The notes under the pieces are model-generated. The model had not been told where the DNA came from, ran no database searches, and saw only the letters and a list, made by a program, of their open reading frames with translations. A stretch of 63,273 nt of DNA, counting the filler, from Folioceros fuciformis (Eukaryota): the NCBI GenBank assembly GCA_049999805.1. It is 8 parts of 8 records of this genome, joined end to end, with 100 filler letters (N's around TTAATTAATTAA, not from the genome) between each part and the next. Parts side by side here need not be neighbours in the genome. Positions count along the whole stretch, not along the records: positions 1 to 18,815 come from JBNGIO010004660.1; positions 18,916 to 28,682 come from JBNGIO010004663.1; 6 more parts are not named here. One strand, 5' to 3'. The position numbers and the translations under genes were made by a program. Positions 12,301 to 23,500 of the stretch are shown here, in pieces (within the stretch, counting starts at the first letter, position 1; each line of letters begins with the position of its first letter).

Positions 12301-13912
12301 GCTACTTCCTTAAGTCCTTAGATAACGTTAGCCCATGCATGAATCCTATAACCTGAATACTCGACATGAAGGTGGGGAACTGGTGCACCTCTTGGTAAAC
12401 AACAGAAAGCGGAAAACTTGGGATCATAGCTCATGTCGAAGTAGTACTCGGGACTCAGCCCGCCGAGTTGTCCAGAAGTTTTCTGCCAAGAGGAAAAACG
12501 ATCATGAGGACTGAAATGAGTTTTGGAGAAAAACGAGAGTATCTATCAAATTTACCACGGTTGGAACTTGCAGGACTGAGGTCGTCTTCAAAATGCAACC
12601 TAGCGGCCAATCTTCCTGGACCTTCGAGTAGAACACCCTCTTGAGATCCTTCAAAGTTTTAGCTGCATCCTTGATTGCCTGGTTCAGAACAAACCCGTTG
12701 TCAGCCTCCGCCGACGTCACAGGACAAGTACTTGTCAGCTAATGGTGAAGGCTGCCCAATATGGCATAACCGGTGTGGATTCAGAAACACGAACCGTGTC
12801 GTGGGCTTCAAAGAACCTTCGTACACGAACCATTCGCTGCCCATCATCGCATGCGAAAAACTCAGTTATTTTGCCTATGCAGCATTGCGGTTGATCGAGA
12901 ACCGTGTTGTTGCCTCGTCTCTTGACAAACATCAGACCTCGTTCAGTCTTCATCTTGCGTTGCATCCAAGCATATGAACCTATCGAGCATACAGGATGGG
13001 CATGAAGGAATCAAGCAGACCTTCAACTGCACAATGTCATCCAGCTCGTACACCACATTGTTCACTCGAGCCTTGCCATAATGTGCGTGGACTCTGGATC
13101 ACCAAACAGAGGTCATTAAACATCGTGTGGAAGCCAGGCAATAAACAGAAGCCGCCACGGAGCCCGCCCACCTTGAAGGACCTCGGTTCACGTTCTACAT
13201 CACAAGAAAAAAACCTTCAGTGAGCACTGCCTCCCACGCGACGAGCAAAATTTTGCACAGCAAGTAGTCTCAGCACCTTAGAAGCGTAGCGGAGAGGCCA
13301 TCTTGCAAGAGCCACCTCTTCCGGGAATGAGGTCCCCACAAAGTTCCCAGGAAGAAGCTCTTTCTCCTCAGGAGAGGGCTCCACAGGAGTCCTGAACACA
13401 ACCCGCTGGGGTGTCTCAACATCATCCGCAAAGTCACAGCTGCTGTTACTGCAAGGTGAACGAGGAGCGGGTGTTGGATGCCGCTTTCCTACTTTTTCCG
13501 CAGACCTCGAACCAGAGCCTTCTTCCGACGAGGCGCGAGGACTGCTCGTATGCGCCATCTCATTCGCAAGATCTCGCACTTTCAGCTCCGAACCTGGCTC
13601 TCGTGCGCTAGGAACACTCCCAGGAGTGACACCAGTTCCCATGGCAAGTGGATCCTCGTCTTCAGAGCTGTCCGAGAGCACAATCACGTGATTCTCGCGG
13701 TCCAACTTGCTCCCATCGTCACGAATTGGCATTGCCGGCGAGGTTACTTGGCTCCGCGCCCCACGAGTGGACGGAGCGTATTCATCGTCTGCCTCCTTCG
13801 GCTGCTTGTCAGTCTGTGCAACCTTAGAATTGGTGTCATTCGGAGACAGATGCAACAATCGCCTCCTCGTTTGCGGATCACCAGCTTGAGCTTCGCTCTT
13901 CCTCTTCTCCAT
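9312..13912 (-). CDS. CMT: Chromomethylase (CMT3-like DNA cytosine-5 methyltransferase; BAH + chromodomain), about 22 exons
   Basis: BAH ([30 protein letters not shown]), motif [16 protein letters not shown], chromodomain [20 protein letters not shown], catalytic [78 protein letters not shown] at 9312-9314. Start codon is less certain. Confidence 0.93.
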
Positions 13913-14655
13913 TACCCCTTGGACTCCGCTCTTCCTTTCGTCTATGATCGGTTCCTTGAGCAGACTAGCACCTCTTGTGCATTGCTCCTGCCAATTTGCC
14001 TGCGCACACGCCTAGGACACAGAGCCGGGCATCACGCCACAAACAATCGGTACTTACGACGCAATGCCAGCAATCCAGTGGGAACCGACCTCAGGTTGAA
14101 TTCGGCGCAATGGTGTGATGAACTCACTCCTGCACAGCGAAACAGAAACCGGTCCGCTCGGTGCTTTGATGTGCAGAACCCATGAAGCCAGGTAGCCTCA
14201 CCTGCCAATCATGAAAAAGAAAAAACCGAGGATCCAAGTGCGGTCACCAATGCGATGCTTGGGCCATCCCACGCAAGCCGCCTTGGTTGCAATCACTGGA
14301 GGGGGGTACCGGAGTGAATGGCAGGGCGTCTTCAAATTTTTGAAGAGCGCGAAAACTATGTAGACGGCATATACACGTATGTACACTTTTTGCCTGCATC
14401 CTCTGTACGGACAATCGTCTATCATGTTTACGGGGTTGGCCATCCTTGACTCAACATCAGAATGGATGGAGTCGGGGGGAGCTGATCGCGGATGGCATCG
14501 AAGCACGGAGAGCGGGTCCTCTTGGAGCGCGAGCTGGTGAATGAATGGGGTAGGGAGACTCGTCTCATTGCTTCAAGAGGGGGAGCTCCGGTGACGGATT
14601 CTGGTTCCTAGAACATGTGCCGGCCACTGGAGTTTGAATTGCGCTCGCATGCAGC

Positions 14656-16632
14656 ATGGTCCCAAACCCGGCGTTTCCAAAAAGCTCTGTCTGGGGAGTT
14701 CGGGTAGAAGCATGGCTGAAGAGTGGAGCATCGGAAGCGCAGCTGGCTGTTGCGGGTATCGAAAGGGGCAGTCGCTTGGCAGATTATGGTAGCCTTGGCA
14801 GCCGTGCAGGATACGGCGTGGGGGTGACGGCTGAGACTGTGAGGAGTCTGTGTGAGCAGGGGCAGGTCAATGAGGGTGTTGAGGCTTTAGGACTTCTGGT
14901 GGAGACCGGGTGTTCTATTTCCAAGTACCTAGTATACGCTCTGCTGAAGAAATGTGTTGTGACGAAGAATCTTGTTGTTGGTCGGCGACTCCATGCTTTT
15001 TCGGTGAAGAAGGGTTATGAGTTGGACACTTTGCTTTGCAATCACTTAGTGCGGATGTATGCGGCTCATGGCAGGTTGCAAGAGGCTGCGGATGTGTTTT
15101 CCGTGGTTCCACAGCCAGATGCCTTCATGTGGTCTTCTATCATCTCTGCGCATGTTAAGCACGGACAAGAAAAGGAGGCCGTGCGCTTGTATCAGACAAT
15201 GTGCAGGTCAGGTGTGAGGCCGGATGGGCATGTGTTTGTAGCAGTGCTTCAAGCTTGTGCAAGAGGTGCGGACCTGGAATCTGGGCAACAGGTGCATGCT
15301 GATATAATGGCGAATGGCGTTGAGCCAGATTTGTTTGTGAATAGCTCTTTGGTGGACATGTATGCGAAGTGTGGCAACTTGGAAGACGCTCAGAGAGTGT
15401 TTGACGGGATTGGGCAGAAAGATGTGGTTACGTGGAGCACGATGATAGCAGGATATTCCCAGCAGGGTATGGGGCAGGAAGCCCTCCGTCTCTACAGGGC
15501 TTTGCAAGAGGAAGGCAAGGTTGCACTTGATTCTGTCACGTTTTTGTCACTCCTGCAGGCATGTGCGAGTGTGGGTAGCCCGGCTTTGGAGGAAGGGAGG
15601 CGGCTTCATGCAAAAATCAAGGAACGAGGATTGGAAGCAGATGTGTTTGTGGCCAACAGTTTGGTGAACATGTATGCAAGGTGTGGCAGCCTAGAGGATG
15701 CTCAAGGCGTGTTTGAAGGACTGCCTCGAAAAGATGTGGGGACGTGGAATGCCATGATATCAGGGCATTCACAGAATGGAATGGGGCAGCAAGCCCTGGC
15801 TCTTTTTAGGGCTATGCAAGAGGAAGGCGTCGTTTCTCCCAATTCCTTGACATTTGTGTGCATCCTTCAGGCATGTGCAAGTGTGGCAGCTTTGGATGTG
15901 GGAAGGCAGCTTCATGCTCAGATTAAAGAACAAGGGCTTGAAGCTGACGTGCTCGTAGCCTGCAGCTTGATAAACACATACGGAAAGTGTGGCAGCATGG
16001 TTGATGCACGGCAGGTGTTTGATGCACTGCCCCAAAGAGATGTGCACACCTGGAGTGCACTGATTGCAGGATACAGCCGAGAAGGAGACAGTGAAAAGGT
16101 CTTTGACCTACTTGACAGAATGAGAGAGGACGGCATACAGCCCGACGGCGTTACGTTCCTCAGTGTACTAACAGTCTGCAGTCACACCGGTTTGGTGAAT
16201 AAGGGGCAATACTACTTTGAGGCTATGACCACATGCTATGGCATCTTTCCCACAGCGGACCACTACACATGCATGGTGGATCTCCTCGGTCGTGCAGGAG
16301 AACTGGATGCCGCACTAGCTGTAACAAAGACAATGCCTGTACCTCCCACCGCTGCAGTTTGGCGCACACTGTTGGGTGCTTGCCGAAAGTGGAGCAATGT
16401 GGGCTTGGGACGTCTGTCGTTCGAAGAAGCAGTAAAGCTGGACAGTAAAGATGCCGCCCCTTATGTCTTGATGTTTAACATCTATACTGGTGCCCTCATG
16501 TGGGAGGAGGCACAGGAGGTGTACCACAGGAGAATGAGAGTTAGCGCGCGGAAGCCCCCAGGTCATAGCTGGTGGGCAGACATGGACGGACTGGTGCACG
16601 GCTTTTTAGTGGGAGACCATAGGTTTGCCTAG
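14656..16632 (+). CDS. PLS-class pentatricopeptide repeat protein with E/E+ domain and no DYW domain (organellar RNA-editing specificity factor)
   Basis: Intronless 658 aa. P-L-S triplets (LVDMYAKCG..EDA..VFD....DVVTW..MI.GY), E domain HYTCMVDLLGRAG...VWRTLLGACR, PG box KPPGHSW, ends HGFLVGDHRFA*. Confidence 0.93.
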   Translation: MVPNPAFPKSSVWGVRVEAWLKSGASEAQLAVAGIERGSRLADYGSLGSRAGYGVGVTAETVRSLCEQGQVNEGVEALGLLVETGCSISKYLVYALLKKCVVTKNLVVGRRLHAFSVKKGYELDTLLCNHLVRMYAAHGRLQEAADVFSVVPQPDAFMWSSIISAHVKHGQEKEAVRLYQTMCRSGVRPDGHVFVAVLQACARGADLESGQQVHADIMANGVEPDLFVNSSLVDMYAKCGNLEDAQRVFDGIGQKDVVTWSTMIAGYSQQGMGQEALRLYRALQEEGKVALDSVTFLSLLQACASVGSPALEEGRRLHAKIKERGLEADVFVANSLVNMYARCGSLEDAQGVFEGLPRKDVGTWNAMISGHSQNGMGQQALALFRAMQEEGVVSPNSLTFVCILQACASVAALDVGRQLHAQIKEQGLEADVLVACSLINTYGKCGSMVDARQVFDALPQRDVHTWSALIAGYSREGDSEKVFDLLDRMREDGIQPDGVTFLSVLTVCSHTGLVNKGQYYFEAMTTCYGIFPTADHYTCMVDLLGRAGELDAALAVTKTMPVPPTAAVWRTLLGACRKWSNVGLGRLSFEEAVKLDSKDAAPYVLMFNIYTGALMWEEAQEVYHRRMRVSARKPPGHSWWADMDGLVHGFLVGDHRFA

Positions 16633-18643
16633 ACTAAAGTGAACCTCAAATTTTATAATATATTTTTCACAAACAATGTTTACGATTTTTAGTTTAATAA
16701 TATTACTTAAAAAAAACAAATCTTCACATTATCAAGTTTTCTAAAGGGTATAGTAATAGTAGTTTTTACTGCAAACAATTGCTTTCAATTGACTATATGC
16801 CAGTCTTTGATGCCCAATTAAGTATGTACACGAATATGCCTAATGTGTGAATAATAGTAATTATTTATTATATAATTATGTATTATACATAATTAATTAT
16901 AACAGCTTCATTAGCATATAGATTAAATTGGTAGTACAAAGTATCAAGACCTTATAAAATATATATCATAAAAATTTTAATAGTTACAATTATTTGANNN
17001 NNNNNNNNNNNNNNNNNNNNNNNNNNNNNNNNNNNNNNNNNNNNNNNNNNNNNNNNNNNNNNNNNNNNNNNNNNNNNNNNNNNNNNNNNNNNNNNNNAAA
17101 AATCTAGAACTTTATTGTATCCATCAATAGTAGAAGATCGTACCATAATTTGATTAACATTGAGAATTTTAAATTTGATGTGTTCATCAATGAAAGAACA
17201 ATATGAGATTAATCATTAGTAACAATGATATTAGTTTAGAATATAAGAAACGCAATGCATGCTTAGAACATACTACCAAAACTAAAACCATGTTAACTAC
17301 AAGAAAATACAAATAGCTCTAAATCAGTTAAAAAATAGCTCTAAACTTTGGGACACAATCTTTAGTACTTATAATTATTAAATTATAATACAAAAAAAAA
17401 TTCAAAGACTATTAAAACAAAGACAATAGATTATTATAACCAGTTTTCTTGCAAGCAGGTTTTTCTTTTAGCAAGGGAGAGTAGGTTTATCTTGTTGTAT
17501 ATGTGGTTATCACCAATCCCACTAGAAACTCTTTTTTTGAATACATCATAATCAACTCTCTAGACTAGGCAACAAAGTCAAGTGATGCGCAAGAAGCAAG
17601 GCTAACAAGTTTGCTCTTCTACAAGGCAGTCACAATTTTATCCCCCTTGATCTAGAGGCCTATAGGGCTGTATACAAGGATTTCTCAAGACTTATCAAAA
17701 CTTGTGCAAAGGCTAATCATAGTCACATGAGTAAATTTCTTCTTCTTTCTTTGGCGGTGGCTTTCTTTTAGCAGCGCATTTTCATTGCTCTACAAAGAAT
17801 CTTAATGAATGTGGTTTACATATAAGCTAGTAATTCATATTTAACAACATTAATGACTTTGGTTCTAGATAGGCCTTTTACTATATCCAGCCATAACATC
17901 TTAGGAGTGCAAAGTACTTAAGGGCTTGTATGCATCACAGATGGTTCTTTTTTTTCTTGGAGTTCTTTCCAGGTCTTTTCTTTCTCTTGTTCAAAGTAGA
18001 TGGGATCTCTATCTCTTTTAAATAAAATAGACGAAACAACAAACTAAAGGTTGAAGAACTAAGATTAAGAGAGGTAGCTCCGAGAGCTGATTCCAAAATT
18101 AACAACTATCTTAAATTCATTCTAATAAAAAAAATTATATAAAGTCACAATTATTTTTTTCACACCACATAATTTTGAGATTAGAACTATTGACTATACA
18201 TATGCATAATATTAAAAAGAAAACTCAATCTTCAAAGCTATGATATAAAAACTATGTAATGTATATAGTTAATATATTTTCTAATATAATAAATATGTTA
18301 TTACAATACTAGAATTGAGGTCAAAATTATTACATATAGTTGTTTTTTTCTTTTCTCTCTATTATCTTAGAAGAATAGAACAGTAGAACAAATTTTGAAG
18401 CATATTAACNNNNNNNNNNNNNNNNNNNNNNNNNNNNNNNNNNNNNNNNNNNNNNNNNNNNNNNNNNNNNNNNNNNNNNNNNNNNNNNNNNNNNNNNNNN
18501 NNNNNNNNNTCATTAGTGAATAATAACTACTTGAAGTTAAATCTCCCTTTCATACATTTAAAAGACCGAGAGATCATTTCAAAAATCTTTAATTTTGTCC
18601 TCTTCTATGCCACTTCTCAAATCTTCAATTGTTGTTTAATGAG

Positions 18644-18815
18644 CATGAAACCACTTCATAAATCTTCCATTGTGATCTCTAATTAGCATGAAACCACTTC
18701 ATAGATCTTCCATTGTGATCTAATCAACATGAAACCACATCATAAATCTTCCATTGTGATCTTTCATTAGCATGAAACCACTTCATAAATCTTCCATTGT
18801 GATCTCTAATTAGCA
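18644..18815. repeat. Tandem repeat, ~43-bp unit x4, running into a gap
   Basis: Unit catgaaaccacttcataaatcttccattgtgatctctaattag repeated with small variants. Confidence 0.9.
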
Positions 18816-18859
18816 NNNNNNNNNNNNNNNNNNNNNNNNNNNNNNNNNNNNNNNNNNNN

Positions 18860-18871
18860 TTAATTAATTAA
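18860..18871. other. Artificial scaffold linker TTAATTAATTAA inside N runs (also 28727, 34566, 46975, 52953, 54409, 58208)
   Basis: Identical palindromic 12-mer with stops in all six frames, centred in seven N gaps. Confidence 0.95.
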
Positions 18872-18915
18872 NNNNNNNNNNNNNNNNNNNNNNNNNNNNN
18901 NNNNNNNNNNNNNNN

Positions 18916-19458
18916 GCGTGGCGTCGCGCTCCTCCTGCTGCTGCCGTACATCTGCTGCGGGTCCCGGGATGGCGGCCGCCACACGTCCGGGTCGTGAGGC
19001 CGCCATGCGTCGGGCTCCTCGTAGAACCCCGGACTGCTCCCGGCTGCAGGCGAGGCGGAGTGCCATGGATACTCCTCCTGCTGCACTTCGTGCACAAACT
19101 GCTCCTGCCGCGACGGGATCACCGGGGCCGGCGCAGGGTGAGAATGGAGATGAGAAAGAACCTGCTGCTGATGCTGCGGCTGCGGCTGCGGCTGCTGCTG
19201 GTGCGGCTGGGCCACGCCTTTGAGAGACTGGCGCTCAGCGTCCAGGCGGCGCACAATGCTGCACTCCTCCGCAAGCTCCTTGCGGCAGTCCATCCATCGC
19301 AGCTTCAGGTCCGGGCTGGTGACACCGCTCAGGTGCTTGTTGATCTGCGAGAGTACGCCCTCGAAGAAAATGACGGCCGTGTCGTAGCTTCCCAGCAGAG
19401 CGTATTCCCGCGCCAGCGTGAGGTGCTCCAGCAGCCCCAACGTCGAGCCTGCTGCCAT
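18916..19458 (-). CDS. KTN1: Katanin p60 catalytic subunit, N-terminal (MIT) part; truncated at a scaffold gap
   Basis: LLEHLTLAREYALLGSYDTAVIFFEGVLSQINKHL...RWMDCRKELAEE and DPDVWRPPSRD are katanin p60 N-terminal signatures. The AAA domain is not visible. Confidence 0.85.
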
Positions 19459-19845
19459 CGCCGTCTGCTTGCGCTCATGGACGGAGGAAGAATGCCAAGA
19501 ATCGATCCAGGCACCGGCGTCTCCCGCAGCCGTGCCCTTTGCCGGTTCCGTTAGACGCCAATCCAGAAGGATATCGTCAGCCTACGAGCACGCGGATGGC
19601 ATTTCGAGTCGCGTCGCGACTGTGTGCTAGTAGGTGCAGTATTGGCGTTTAGGATGTGCACTAAGCGAATCGAGACGTCTCGCAACTTGAAGTTGGTGTG
19701 AATTGCAAATCGTGAACCCTGTTGCGTAGGGCAAACAGAGGTTCGGAGGCAGCCCGAGTGGCAGGCGTCGGATTTTATGCTGGGGGCAGCACGTTAGCCG
19801 CCTCGCGTCGGAGCCTGTGGCTGAGCTTCGGGAAGGGAAAGGACC

Positions 19846-20179
19846 ATGGGGTTTATTGGAACTAGGGTGATGCAGGTGGTGTACAAGCAAACAGGAGGTT
19901 TGGTGTGGAAGCATTGGCCGATGAATCACACGCGCCGTGCCAACTCCAAGAAGCGGCACCGCCGCATCCGGCAGGTCTGTGAGCGGTTGCATGATTGGAT
20001 TGGGACAATGGATTGTACTGGATGACTTCCTTTGCGGAAACTGAGAGCAATTTTGTTCTTGTGGGGTGCAGGTTGAAGACATTCTTAGGGCTTGCGCGGA
20101 GGGTGAGCCTCCTAGTCATATCAAGAAGGAGCAAGTTCAGGCTGCGGCAGTGGAACCTACTGGGGCAACGTCGAGCTGA
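19846..20179 (+). CDS. Small 2-exon gene (19846-19974, 20072-20179), 78 aa, likely mitochondrial ribosomal protein mL60 (MRPL31-like)
   Basis: Spliced protein MGFIGTRVMQVVYKQTGGLVWKHWPMNHTRRANSKKRHRRIRQ|VEDILRACAEGEPP...SS*. The intron is GT..AG, phase 0. The GGLVWK...TRxAN.KKR..R pattern resembles plant mL60 from memory. Confidence 0.7.
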
Positions 20180-20569
20180 ATGAAGCTGATTAGAGGGAGC
20201 AACATCTCAACCCCTATTGTCCCCAAGCTGCAGACGGTTGGCAGTTGGAATGGTGGACGTGCGTATGACGTGAGGTGACGCTTGTGGAGCCACAATTCCA
20301 CCCCATATGGAGGACAAAGATTTGAGGGACATTGAAACGTTGTAACTTGGAATGTCGCCTGAGTGACCATGGCATTGGAGGGTGCTGGCGGTGACAATGC
20401 TTTGCCCGTAGTTTCTCGTCGGGCATTTGATGTATGCAGTTAATTTGTTCACCGAGGTTGAGAGCTAGGGAAAGGGACCCTGAATGCGCCTTCTGTGAGA
20501 GGGAAAACTTACAGGCGGAGGCGGAAACTAGTTTACACTGCATGAAGGATTGAGGATGATTTGCTAATA

Positions 20570-23500
20570 TTACAGTTCTAGTATGGTTTCTCCAGACCTC
20601 TCCCCCTGAAGTTGTGCACCATCTGGCGGCCTGCGAGAGTCGGCATATCGCAGCCGGAGATTGGCTGGGAGATGTGTTGCGGCCAGGTCATCCTTAGCCG
20701 CATCGCCACCCTTGAGAGATAGAGATTGCTTCCAGACCTCAGCTGCCTCGTTTCTTTGCTTTGTTCCGTGCCGGAAGAAGAAAACGATGACTGTCATATC
20801 ATCGTGATAGTCTCTTCGTTGACCTCCAGACATCTGAAGCAGCTCGCTGTATGCCACCTCGTGCTTCCTTGCTGCCTTCTGTAAAGCGTATTTAACCAGG
20901 AAACGCGCAATGTCCTGCGAGACATCCCACGAATCGTTTGGAACGAGAGAACTACGCTGGGGGCCGATTGCTTAAGAAACGTTCATCAGATAACATTGTT
21001 TACCTTTCTGCCGTGTGCCGAAACGATTTCCACAGCTTCTTCGTTGCTCACATATTCCCACAGTCCGTCAGATGCCAGGATGAGGAACTCGTCATTACCT
21101 GAAAGCATGTGAAGTGACACGGATGGCTCGGAGGACACTAACGGCGGTACAAACGGCCCCGGAACACGAAATCTGGAAAACAATGGATCTCGGTTGAATT
21201 CCAGGTGTTTCATGAACAAATCTCCAAAGCAGTGAGTCACCTGANNNNNNNNNNNNNNNNNNNNNNNNNNNNNNNNNNNNNNNNNNNNNNNNNNNNNNNN
21301 NNNNNNNNNNNNNNNNNNNNNNNNNNNNNNNNNNNNNNNNNNNNGCACTCCACTGACCTGGATTTTTCCTTTTATCCTCCAGATCCCATTCTTCTCCCAG
21401 ACCACATTCCCACCACAGCAAGCTTCATGCGCTCGACTATAAGCCTCCCTGACATCAGGCATGTTCACGTTGTCATCCTGTGACAGCTGAACGGGATATA
21501 GGCCGTCCTTCCCCCTACAACCCAGGACCGCTCTGCTATCTCCCAGGTTTGCAATGAACAAGGTCTCTCCTGTTATAATGGCTACGATGGAACAAGAGCC
21601 AACAGTGGCTAAGTGCGGAGATTTCTGAAAAGCATCTCGAACAATGTCTATAAACTGTCCCTCTGTGGTTGCAAATGCAGCCTTTATCCCTTCCACAGAC
21701 ACCTTTCCATGATTTTGCACAAAGCGACCTGCCCCACAGCCAGTAATCAATCAGGACCCACTGCTGCATCGTTGTTGTACGACAGGCTGCATCACTAGTC
21801 ATCAATCAGTCGAACAAACCAACAATGAAATAGTACACAAGTGACATACTTTTTAAATTATCGTACAGATGATCCTTCAAATATTTTGATGCTTCAGTAC
21901 CCCCATGACCGTCATGGATTCCCAGATACACACCACTGAGAGTTGCCTCCACCTTACATCACCCATTGACTACGGTCAGCAAAGACTTTCATGGCGACTA
22001 CCTCAACACTTCAAACCTGCAAAGCTTGTTTGTTTAACCTGCATATGGTCTCACCTCACCAGTGTCCTCCATGAAATAATTGGCTTCATACATTGCAAAT
22101 GAGAATTCCCCAAAAGCTGTTCGCTTTAGGGACTTGTGCCAGAGTGAGCTTTTCAAAGACCTGTCTCCTTTGCGAGGTAGCAGGACAGCTTTGATTCGAC
22201 GAAATTGTCCCACAGAAAATATCTTCCTATCTCTCACAAAATCAATACGACTCCGGCGGTCCCGGCGGAGAAACTCAGGTGTGTCCTTGTCCTCACCGCC
22301 ATGAAATGCTAAGTCCAAGCCAGCCTGCAATAACAATAACTCTGGATGAAGTCTGCGAAAATCTGAGGCAAAGCTCTCCAGCACATGCACCCTCATGGAC
22401 TGTGTCGAACATCACCTCTTCTTCCTGCCGGTCCACCCGTAAAGCATTGAAGAAGGCAAGAAGATAGAATAATACAAAACTTGATATCCCAACCCACAGA
22501 TACACTGTGAATAATCCTACTATCTGGATGCCAGGAATAGGTAATCAGGATATATTATATCATTCCACAGCCTCCCACAACGGAAACGAAACTGTCGGGA
22601 ATCTTGCCTGGACGAACAACTGGCTGAACCCACCACCATGGAACAGCCCGTAACTTTTGGGTTGCAGAATGTTGAAGGACTTGCGGATATTGTAAGGAGT
22701 GGAGAACAAGCCGACTGCCAGACCTCCCCAAGTTCCACAGAACAGGTGTACAGGAGCAGCCATAACCACGTCATCTATCTGGCACTTTATCATGACCTTG
22801 ACTCCCGCAAGATAGAAAAAACCAGATATCACACCTGCACACATCATGCCAACCAGAACAGACGTAATTACGCATGATAACAAGGTAGCAAGAGACTTAC
22901 TTTGATGCATCACCAACCCAATTTCCACCCGGACAATGAAGGGAGTAACGGAGCTCACCTATGATAGCGGCACCATATGGCTGCACGACACTGCTTGTGG
23001 CACATGCTGCTACCAATCCACCGATCACGGCATTGAACACATCCTCGGGTTTTGATTTTTTGTTGACCGTTTGGGTAAAAACGTAGACCACAAACCCCGA
23101 GAATGCTGCTGTTAACGTAGTGTTCTGAGCCACTCGTGCCAGCTCTACTGTCCAGACTACATTTTGAGCCTGTATAATGTCAATAGGACCTGTGTTGAAG
23201 CCAAAAAAGCTAACCCACAGCAACACTGTGCCTGCTGCCACCAAAGCCTGCGGGACGCATCAGCACATGTCAATGTTTGGTCAACAGCCAGAAGAGAAAG
23301 CATGCGAATCCTCCACAACCACAACGTTGTCGCTGACTGACTCAAGGGGAACAAGCATCCATACAAATTGCCAAAGGAAGGATTCAGAAAACCTAAACAC
23401 CAGTGAGATTGATTCACGAACCACGGAGTGACTTTGCATAGGTACAGGATTCCCCTCAATGTCAAATCTGCCAATTCTAGGACCCACCATCCACGCCCCT

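Noticed and set aside
18644-18815. Regular ~43-bp repeats (also 34369-34521, 34622-34702) as a CRISPR-like array
   Set aside because: Head-to-tail units without unique spacers, no cas genes, eukaryotic context.
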